Shown here: piece by piece, positions 1 to 10,599 of the stretch | Layout of the letters: every line of letters starts with the position of its first letter | How positions within the stretch are numbered: the first letter of the stretch is position 1 | Origin: Auanema rhodensis | Lineage: Eukaryota > Animalia > Nematoda | Length of the DNA: 64,000 bases | Assembly: GCA_964057225.1 (NCBI GenBank) | Contig: OZ059894.1 | Location: forward strand, 3,782,001-3,846,000 | Direction: 5' to 3' | Program-made: the position numbers and the translations under genes | Notes under the pieces: generated by a model | Database searches by the model: none | What the model was told of the DNA's origin: nothing | The model's input: the letters and a program-made list of their open reading frames with translations, nothing else

Positions 1-11
1 ATTCGATGCGG

Positions 12-62
12 ATTTTTAAGCTGCGTCGATCTGTGTTATCAGATTTGCGCTAGCTTAAAAAT
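12..62. repeat. Imperfect inverted repeat IR1, present in each monomer
   Basis: atttttaagct (12-22) is the exact reverse complement of agcttaaaaat (52-62). Inner arms: gcg (23-25)/cgc (48-50) and atctg (29-33)/cagat (40-44), around the loop tgttat (34-39). Confidence 0.9.
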
Positions 63-79
63 GCACCGAGATATCAACT

Positions 80-101
80 GATATAAGTTCACACTTATAT
101 C
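80..101. repeat. Perfect 9-bp inverted repeat IR2 with 4-nt loop, in each monomer
   Basis: gatataagt (80-88), tcac, acttatatc (93-101). Confidence 0.9.
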
Positions 102-203
102 CTCGATTTTCACCCTGAAGAATTAATTTTTTCGTTGAATAACAATGTCCATCGTCTTTGCCTTGAAAAAAGGAATCTAAAAACATCTACTTTTTGCTAA
201 ATT

Positions 204-238
204 ATTTTGAAATTTTTCGAAAAAATTTTTGTCAAAAT
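204..238. repeat. Imperfect palindrome IR3 centred on tttttcgaaaaa, in each monomer
   Basis: The 12-bp palindrome tttttcgaaaaa (213-224) is flanked by attttga (204-210) and its reverse complement tcaaaat (232-238). Confidence 0.8.
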
Positions 239-251
239 GTTTTTGGAAGCA

Positions 252-279
252 ATGTTGAGTGTACATGGAAACTCAACAT
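252..279. repeat. Perfect 9-bp inverted repeat IR4 with 10-nt spacer, in each monomer
   Basis: atgttgagt (252-260), gtacatggaa, actcaacat (271-279). Confidence 0.9.
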
Positions 280-3200
280 ACACTAATGCATCATTTTTCA
301 AACGATCATAACTAATTTTTGTACTAAGCGTTTCTCAATGTAGTATAGTGCATTCGATGCGGATTTTTAAGCTGCGTCGATCTATGTTATCAGATTTGCG
401 CTAGCTTAAAAATGCACCGAGATATCAACTGATATAAGTTCACACTTATATCCTCGATTTTCACCCTGAAGAATTAATTTTTTCGTTGAATAACAATGTC
501 CATCGTCTTCGCCTTGAAAAAAGAAATCTAAAAACATCTACTTTTTGCTAAATTATTTTGAAATTTTTCGAAAAAATTTTTGTCAAAATGTTTTTGGAAG
601 CAATGTTGAGTGTACATGGAAACTCAACATACACTAATTCATCATTTTTCAAACGATCATAACTAATTTTTGTATTGAGCGTTTCTCAATGTAGTATAGT
701 GCATTTGATGCGGATTTTTAAGCTGCGTCGATCTTTGTTATCAGATTTGCGCTAGCTTAAAAATGCACCGAGATATCAACTGATATAAGTTCACACTTAT
801 ATCCTCGATTTTGACCCTGAAGAATTAATTTTTTCGTTGAATGACATCGTCCATCGTCTTTGCCTTGAAAAAAGAAATCTAAAAACATCTACTTTTTGCT
901 AAATTATTTTGAAATTTTTCGAAAAAATTTTTGTCAAAATGTTTTTGGAAGCAATGTTGATTGTACATGGAAACTCAACATACACTAATGCATCATTTTT
1001 CAAACGATCATAACTAATTTTTGTATTAAGCGTTTCTCAATGTAGTATAGTGCATTCGATGCGGATTTTTAAGCTGCGTCGGTCTGTGTTATCAGATTTG
1101 CGCTAGCTTAAAAATGCACCGAGATATCAACTGATATAAGTTCACACTTATATCCTCGATTTTCACCCTGAAGAATTAATTTTTTCGTTGAATAACAATG
1201 TCCATCGTCTTTGCTTTGAAAAAAGGAATCTAAAAACATCTACTTTTTGCTAAATTATTTTGAAATTTTTCGAAAAAATTTTTGTCAAAATGTTTTTGGA
1301 AGCAATGTTGAGTGTACATGGAAACTCAACATACACTAATGCATCATTTTTCAAACGATCATAACTAATTTTTGTATTAAGCGTTTCTCAATGTAGTATA
1401 GTGCATTCGATGCGGATTTTTAAGCTGCATCGATCTGTGTTATCAGATTTGCGCTAGCTTAAAAATGCACCGAGATATCAACTGATATATGTTCACACTT
1501 ATATCCTCGATTTTCACCCTGAAGAATTAATTTTTTCGTTGAATAACAATGTCCATCGTCTTTGCCTTGAAAAAAGGAATCTAAAAACATCTACTTTTTG
1601 CTAAATTATTTTGAAATTTTTCGAAAAAATTTTTGTCAAAATGTTTTTGGAAGCAATGTTGAGTGTACATGGAAACTCAACATACACTAATGCATCATTT
1701 TTCAAACGATCATAACTAATTTTTGTATTAAGCGTTTCTCAATGTAGTATAGTGCATTCAATGCGGATTTTTAAGCTGCATCGATCTGTGTTATCAGATT
1801 TGCGCTAGCTTAAAAATGCACCGAGATATCAACTGATATAAGTTCACACTTATATCCTCGATTTTCACCCTGAAGAATTAATTTTTTCGTTGAATAACAA
1901 TGTCCATCGTCTTTGCCTTGAAAAAAGGAATCTAAAAACATCTACTTTTTGCTAAATTATTTTGAAATTTTTCGAAAAAATTTTTGTCAAAATGTTTTTG
2001 GAAGCAATGTTGAGTGTACATGGAAACTCAACATACACTAATGCATCATTTTTCAAACGATCATAACTAATTTTTGTATTAAGCGTTTCTCAATGTAGTA
2101 TAGTGCATTCGATGCGGATTTTTAAGCTGCATCGATCTGTGTTATCAGATTTGCGCTAGCTTAAAAATGCACCGAGATATCAACTGATATAAGTTCACAC
2201 TTATATCCTCGATTTTCACCCTGAAGAATTAATTTTTTCGTTGAATAACAATGTCCATCGTCTTTGCCTTAAAAAAAGGAATCTAAAAACATCTACTTTT
2301 TGCTAAATTATTTTGAAATTTTTCGAAAAAATTTTTGTCAAAATGTTTTTGGAAGCAATGTTGAGTGTACATGGAAACTCAACATACACTAATGCATCAT
2401 TTTTCAAACGATCATAACTAATTTTTGTATTAAGCGTTTCTGAATGTAGTATAGTGCATTCGATGCGGATTTTTAAGCTGCGTCGATCTGTGTTATCAGA
2501 TTTGCGCTAGCTTAAAAATGCACCGAGATATCAACTGATATAAGTTCACACTTATATCCTCGATTTTCACCCTGAAGAATTAATTTTTTCGTTGAATAAC
2601 AATGTCCATCGTCTTTGCCTTGAAAAAAGGAATCTAAAAACATCTACTTTTTGCTAAATTATTTTGAAATTTTTCGAAAAAATTTTTGTCAAAATGTTTT
2701 TGGAAGCAATGTTGAGTGTACATGGAAACTCAACATACACTAATGCATCATTTTTCAAACGATCATAACTAATTTTTGTATTAAGCGTTTCTCAATGTAG
2801 TATAGTGCATTCGATGCGGATTTTTAAGCTGCGTCGATCTGTGTTATCAGATTTGCGCTAGCTTAAAAATGCACCGAGATATCAACTGATATAAGTTCAC
2901 ACTTATATCCTCGATTTTCACCCTGAAGAATTAATTTTTTCGTTGAATAACAATGTCCATCGTCTTCGCCTTGAAAAAAGAAATCTAAAAACATCTACTT
3001 TTTGCTAAATTATTTTGAAATTTTTCGAAAAAATTTTTGTCAAAATGTTTTTGGAAGCAATGTTGAGTGTACATGGAAACTCAACATACACTAATTCATC
3101 ATTTTTCAAACGATCATAACTAATTTTTGTATTGAGCGTTTCTCAATGTAGTATAGTGCATTTGATGCGGATTTTTAAGCTGCGTCGATCTGTGTTATCA

Positions 3201-4189
3201 GATTTGCGCTAGCTTAAAAATGCACCGAGATATCAACTGATATAAGTTCACACTTATATCCTCGATTTTCACCCTGAAGAATTAATTTTTTCGTTGAATA
3301 ACATCGTCCATCGTCTTTGCCTTGAAAAAAGGAATCTAAAAACATCTACTTTTTGCTAAATTATTTTGAAATTTTTCGAAAAAATTTTTGTCAAAATGTT
3401 TTTGGAAGCAATGTTGAGTGTACATGGAAACTCAACATACACTAATGCATCATTTTTCAAACGATCATAACTAATTTTTGTATTAAGCGTTTCTCAATGT
3501 AGTATAGTGCATTCGATGCGGATTTTTAAGCTGCATCGATCTGTGTTATCAGATTTGCGCTAGCTTAAAAATGCACCGAGATATCAACTGATATAAGTTC
3601 ACACTTATATCCTCGATTTTCACCCTGAAAAATTAATTTTTTTGTTGAATAACATCGTCCATCGTCTTTGCCTTGAAAAAAGGAATCTAAAAACATCTAC
3701 TTTTTGCTAAATTATTTTGAAATTTTTCGAAAAAATTTTTGTCAAAATGTTTTTGGAAGCAATGTTGAGTGTACATGGAAACTCAACATACACTAATGCA
3801 TCATTTTTCAAACGATCATAACTAATTTTTGTATTGAGCGTTTCTCAATGTAGTATAGTGCATTCGATGCGGATTTTTAAGCTGCGTCGATCTGTGTTAT
3901 CAGATTTGCGCTAGCTTAAAAATGCACCGAGATATCAACTGATATAAGTTCACACTTATATCCTCGATTTTGACCCTGAAGAATTAATTTTTTCGTTGAA
4001 TAACATCGTCCATCGTCTTTGCCTTGAAAAAAGGAATCTAAAAACATCTACTTTTTGCTAAATTATTTTGAAATTTTTCGAAAAAATTTTTGTCAAAATG
4101 TTTTTGGAAGCAATGTTGAGTGTACATGGAAACTCAACATACACTAATGCATCATTTTTCAAACGATCATAACTAATTTTTGTATTAAG

Positions 4190-5950
4190 CTTTTCTCAAT
4201 GTAGTATAGTGCATTCGATGCGGATTTTTAAGCTGCATCGATCTGTGTTATCAGATTTGCGCTAGCTTAAAAATGCACCGAGATATCAACTGATATAAGT
4301 TCACACATATATCCTCGATTTTCACCCTGAAAAATTAATTTTTTTGTTGAATAACATCGTCCATCGTCTTTGCCTTGAAAAAAGGAATCTAAAAACATCT
4401 ACTTTTTGCTAAATTATTTTGAACTTTTTCGAAAAAATTTTTGTCAAAATGTTTTTGGAAGCAATGTTGAGTTTACATGGAAACTCAACATACACTAATG
4501 CATCATTTTTCAAACGATCATAACTAATTTTTGTATTGAGCGTTTCTCAATGTAGTATAGTGCATTCGATGCGGATTTTTAAGCTGCGTCGATCTGTGTT
4601 TTCAGATTTGCGCTAGCTTAAAAATGCACCGAGATATCAACTGATATAAGTTCACACTTATATCCTCGATTTTGACCCTGAAGAATTAATTTTTTCGTTG
4701 AATAACATCGTCCATCGTCTTTGCCTTGAAAAAAGGAATCTAAAAACATCTACTTTTTGCTAAATTATTTTGAAATTTTTCGAAAAAATTTTTGTCAAAA
4801 TGTTTTTGGAAGCAATGTTGAGTGTACATGGAAACTCAACATACACTAATGCATCATTTTTCAAACGATCATAACTAATTTTTGTATTAAGCTTTTCTCA
4901 ATGTAGTATAGTGCATTCGATGCGGATTTTTAAGCTGCATCGATCTGTGTTATCAGATTTGCGCTAGCTTAAAAATGCACCGAGATATCAACTGATATAA
5001 GTTCACACATATATCCTCGATTTTCACCCTGAAAAATTAATTTTTTTGTTGAATAACATCGTCCATCGTCTTTGCCTTGAAAAAAGGAATCTAAAAACAT
5101 CTACTTTTTGCTAAATTATTTTGAACTTTTTCGAAAAAATTTTTGTCAAAATGTTTTTGGAAGCAATGTTGAGTTTACATGGAAACTCAACATACACTAA
5201 TGCATCATTTTTCAAACGATCATAACTAATTTTTGTATTGAGCGTTTCTCAATGTAGTATAGTGCATTCGATGCGGATTTTTAAGCTGCGTCGATCTGTG
5301 TTTTCAGATTTGCGCTAGCTTAAAAATGCACCGAGATATCAACTGATATAAGTTCACACTTATATCCTCGATTTTGACCCTGAAGAATTAATTTTTTCGT
5401 TGAATAACATCGTCCATCGTCTTTGCCTTGAAAAAAGGAATCTAAAAACATCTACTTTTTGCTAAATTATTTTGAAATTTTTCGAAAAAATTTTTGTCAA
5501 AATGTTTTTGGAAGCAATGTTGAGTGTACATGGAAACTCAACATACACTAATGCATCATTTTTCAAACGATCATAACTAATTTTTGTATTAAGCTTTTCT
5601 CAATGTAGTATAGTGCATTCGATGCGGATTTTTAAGCTGCATCGATCTGTGTTATCAGATTTGCGCTAGCTTAAAAATGCACCGAGATATCAACTGATAT
5701 AAGTTCACACTTATATCCTCGATTTTCACCCTGAAAAATTAATTTTTTTGTTGAATAACATCGTCCATCGTCTTTGCCTTGAAAAAAGGAATCTAAAAAC
5801 ATCTACTTTTTGCTAAATTATTTTGAACTTTTTCGAAAAAATTTTTGTCAAAATGTTTTTGGAAGCAATGTTGAGTTTACATGGAAACTCAACATACACT
5901 AATGCATCATTTTTCAAACGATCATAACTAATTTTTGTATTGAGCGTTTC
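4190..5950. repeat. Local dimeric higher-order repeat (702-bp period, about 2.5-3 copies)
   Basis: Rare variants recur every 702 bp: aagcTtttc at 4191/4893/5595, gaaCttttt at 4424/5126/5828, gagtTtaca at 4473/5175/5877, cacAtatat at 4307/5009. Confidence 0.9.
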
Positions 5951-8900
5951 TCAATGTAGTATAGTGCATTCGATGCGGATTTTTAAGCTGCGTCGATCTG
6001 TGTTATCAGATTTGCGCTAGCTTAAAAATGCACCGAGATATCAACTGATATAAGTTCACACTTATATCCTCGATTTTCACCCTGAAGAATTAATTTTTTC
6101 GTTGAATAACATCGTCCATCGTCTTTGCCTTGAAAAAAGGAATCTAAAAACATCTACTTTTTGCTAAATTATTTTGAAATTTTTCGAAAAAATTTTTGTC
6201 AAAATGTTTTTGGAAGCAATGTTGATTGTACATGGAAACTCAACATACACTAATGCATCATTTTTCAAACGATCATAACTAATTTTTGTATTGAGCGTTT
6301 CTCAATGTAGTATAGTGAATTCGATGCGGATTTTTAAGCTGCGTCGATCTGTGTTATCAGATTTGCGCTAGCTTAAAAATGCACCGAGATATCAACTGAT
6401 ATAAGTTCACACTTATATCCTCGATTTTGACCCTGAAGAATTAATTTTTTCGTTGAATAACATCGTCCATCGTCTTTGCCTTAAAAAAAGGAATCTAAAA
6501 ACATCTACTTTTTGCTAAATTATTTTGAAATTTTTCGAAAAAATTTTTGTCAAAATGTTTTTGGAAGCAATGTTGAGAGTACATGGAAACTCAACATACA
6601 CTAATGCATCATTTTTCAAACGATCATAACTAATTTTTGTATTAAGCGTTTCTCAATGTAGTATAGTGCATTCGATGCGGATTTTTAAGCTGCATCGATC
6701 TGTGTTATCAGATTTGCGCTAGCTTAAAAATGCACCGAGATATCAACTGATATAAGTTCACACTTATATCCTCGATTTTCACCCTGAAAAATTAATTTTT
6801 TTGTTGAATAACATCGTCCATCGTCTTTGCCTTGAAAAAAGGAATCTAAAAACATCTACTTTTTGCTAAATTATTTTGAAATTTTTCGAAAAAATTTTTG
6901 TCAAAATGTTTTTGGAAGCAATGTTGAGTGTACATGGAAACTCAACATACACTAATGCATCATTTTTCAAACGATCATAACTAATTTTTGTATTGAGCGT
7001 TTCTCAATGTAGTATAGTGCATTCGATGCGGATTTTTAAGCTGCGTCGATCTGTGTTATCAGATTTGCGCTAGCTTAAAAATGCACCGAGATATCAACTG
7101 ATATAAGTTCACACTTATATCCTCGATTTTGACCCTGAAGAATTAATTTTTTCGTTGAATAACATCGTCCATCGTCTTTGCCTTGAAAAAAGGAATCTAA
7201 AAACATCTACTTTTTGCTAAATTATTTTGAAATTTTTCGAAAAAATTTTTGTCAAAATGTTTTTGGAAGCAATGTTGAGTGTACATGGAAACTCAACATA
7301 CACTAATGCATCATTTTTCAAACGATCATAACTAATTTTTGTATTGAGCGTTTCTCAATGTAGTATAGTGCATTCGATGCGGATTTTTAAGCTGCATCGA
7401 TCTGTGTTATCAGATTTGCGCTAGCTTAAAAATGCACCGAGATATCAACTGATATAAGTTCACACTTATATCCTCGATTTTCACCCTGAAGAATTAATTT
7501 TTTCGTTGAATAACAATGTCCATCGTCTTTGCTTTGAAAAAAGGAATCTAAAAACATCTACTTTTTGCTAAATTATTTTGAAATTTTTCGAAAAAATTTT
7601 TGTCAAAATGTTTTTGGAAGCAATGTTGAGTGTACATGGAAACTCAACATACACTAATGCATCATTTTTCAAACGATCATAACTAATTTTTGTATTGAGC
7701 GTTTCTCAATGTAGTATAGTGCATTCGATGCGGATTTTTAAGCTGCATCGATCTGTGTTATCAGATTTGCGCTAGCTTAAAAATGCACCGAGATATCAAC
7801 TGATATATGTTCACACTTATATCCTCGATTTTCACCCTGAAGAATTAATTTTTTCGTTGAATAACAATGTCCATCGTCTTTGCCTTGAAAAAAGGAATCT
7901 AAAAACATCTACTTTTTGCTAAATTATTTTGAAATTTTTCGAAAAAATTTTTGTCAAAATGTTTTTGGAAGCAATGTTGAGTGTACATGGAAACTCAACA
8001 TACACTAATGCATCATTTTTCAAACGATCATAACTAATTTTTGTATTAAGCGTTTCTCAATGTAGTATAGTGCATTCGATGCGGATTTTTAAGCTGCATC
8101 GATCTGTGTTATCAGATTTGCGCTAGCTTAAAAATGCACCGAGATATCAACTGATATAAGTTCACACTTATATCCTCGATTTTCACCCTGAAAAATTAAT
8201 TTTTTCGTTTAATAACATCGTCCATCGTCTTTGCCTTGAAAAAAGGAATCTAAAAACATCTACTTTTTGCTAAATTATTTTGAAATTTTTCGAAAAAATT
8301 TTTGTCAAAATGTTTTTGGAAGCAATGTTGAGTGTACATGGAAACTCAACATACACTAATGCATCATTTTTCAAACGATCATAACTAATTTTTGTATTGA
8401 GCGTTTCTCAATGTAGTATAGTGCATTCGATGCGGATTTTTAAGCTGCGTCGATCTGTGTTATCAGATTTGCGCTAGCTTAAAAATGCACCGAGATATCA
8501 ACTGATATAAGTTCACACTTATATCCTCGATTTTGACCCTGAAGAATTAATTTTTTCGTTGAATAACATCGTCCATCGTCTTTGCCTTGAAAAAAGGAAT
8601 CTAAAAACATCTACTTTTTGCTAAATTATTTTGAAATTTTTCGAAAAAATTTTTGTCAAAATGTTTTTGGAAGCAATGTTGAGTTTACATGGAAACTCAA
8701 CATACACTAATGCATCATTTTTCAAACGATCATAACTAATTTTTGTATTGAGCGTTTCTCAATGTAGTATAGTGCATTCGATGCGGATTTTTAAGCTGCG
8801 TCGATCTGTGTTATCAGATTTGCGCTAGCTTAAAAATGCACCGAGATATCAACTGATATAAGTTCACACTTATATCCTCGATTTTGACCCTGAAGAATTA

Positions 8901-10599
8901 ATTTTTTCGTTGAATAACATCGTCCATCGTCTTTGCCTTGAAAAAAGGAATCTAAAAACATCTACTTTTTGCTAAATTATTTTGAAATTTTTCGAAAAAA
9001 TTTTTGTCAAAATGTTTTTGGAAGCAATGTTGAGTGTACATGGAAACTCAACATACACTAATGCATCATTTTTCAAACGATCATAACTAATTTTTGTATT
9101 GAGCGTTTCTCAATGTAGTATAGTGCATTCGATGCGGATTTTTAAGCTGCGTCGATCTGTGTTATCAGATTTGCGCTAGCTTAAAAATGCACCGAGATAT
9201 CAACTGATATAAGTTCACACTTATATCCTCGATTTTGACCCTGAAGAATTAATTTTTTCGTTGAATAACATCGTCCATCGTCTTTGCCTTGAAAAAAGGA
9301 ATCTAAAAACATCTACTTTTTGCTAAATTATTTTGAAATTTTTCGAAAAAATTTTTGTCAAAATGTTTTTGGAAGCAATGTTGATTGTACATGGAAACTC
9401 AACATACACTAATGCATCATTTTTCAAACGATCATAACTAATTTTTGTATTAAGCGTTTCTCAATGTAGTATAGTGCATTCGATGCGGATTTTTAAGCTG
9501 CGTCGGTCTGTGTTATCAGATTTGCGCTAGCTTAAAAATGCACCGAGATATCAACTGATATAAGTTCACACTTATATCCTCGATTTTCACCCTGAAGAAT
9601 TAATTTTTTCGTTGAATAACAATGTCCATCGTCTTTGCCTTGAAAAAAGGAATCTAAAAACATCTACTTTTTGCTAAATTATTTTGAAATTTTTCGAAAA
9701 AATTTTTGTCAAAATGTTTTTGGAAGCAATGTTGAGTGTACATGGAAACTCAACATACACTAATGCATCATTTTTCAAACGATCATAACTAATTTTTGTA
9801 TTAAGCGTTTCTCAATGTAGTATAGTGCATTCGATGCGGATTTTTAAGCTGCATCGATCTGTGTTATCAGATTTGCGCTAGCTTAAAAATGCACCGAGAT
9901 ATCAACTGATATATGTTCACACTTATATCCTCGATTTTCACCCTGAAGAATTAATTTTTTCGTTGAATAACAATGTCCATCGTCTTTGCCTTGAGAAAAG
10001 GAATCTAAAAACATCTACTTTTTGCTAAATTATTTTGAAATTTTTCGAAAAAATTTTTGTCAAAATGTTTTTGGAAGCAATGTTGAGTGTACATGGAAAC
10101 TCAACATACACTAATGCATCATTTTTCAAACGATCATAACTAATTTTTGTATTAAGCGTTTCTCAATGTAGTATAGTGCATTCGATGCGGATTTTTAAGC
10201 TGCATCGATCTGTGTTATCAGATTTGCGCTAGCTTAAAAATGCACCGAGATATCAACTGATATAAGTTCACACTTATATCCTCGATTTTCACCCTGAAGA
10301 ATTAATTTTTTCGTTGAATAACAATGTCCATCGTCTTTGCCTTGAAAAAAGGAATCTAAAAACATCTACTTTTTGCTAAATTATTTTGAAATTTTTCGAA
10401 AAAATTTTTGTCAAAATGTTTTGGGAAGCAATGTTGAGTGTACATGGAAACTCAACATACACTAATGCATCATTTTTCAAACGATCATAACTAATTTTTG
10501 TATTAAGCGTTTCTCAATGTAGTATAGTGCATTCGATGCGAATTTTTAAGCTGCATCGATCTGTGTTATCAGATTTGCGCTAGCTTAAAAATGCACCGA

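Larger units (their letters stand above)
1..351. repeat. Representative monomer (arbitrary phase), 351 bp, about 31-32% GC
   Basis: Hand count gives 111 G+C in 351 nt. The next copy begins at 352. Stop codons occur in all six frames. Confidence 0.98.

Noticed and set aside
80-110. IR2 followed by a T-run as a rho-independent terminator
   Set aside because: The stem is AT-rich, the T4 run is short and separated from the stem, and there is no gene context.
130-146. CENP-B-box-like motif tttcgttgaataacaat
   Set aside because: It matches the TTCG....A half but lacks the essential CGGG of the nTTCGnnnnAnnCGGGn consensus.
237-311. Short ORF MFLEAMLSVHGNSTYTNASFFKRS in each monomer
   Set aside because: Only 24 codons, as expected by chance, with no recognisable motif or expression signal.
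1-351. 5S rRNA, tRNA, snRNA or spliced-leader tandem gene unit
   Set aside because: I recognise no 5S, tRNA cloverleaf, snRNA or spliced-leader sequence on either strand. An Infernal/Rfam scan would be the formal test.
1-351. Monomer as an ancient dimer of two ~175-bp halves
   Set aside because: No convincing similarity between the halves by eye beyond A/T tracts.
1-351. Assignment to a known satellite of similar size, such as the Drosophila 1.688 family or Tribolium ~360-bp satellites
   Set aside because: Only length and AT-richness are similar. I cannot recognise sequence identity, so no name is assigned.
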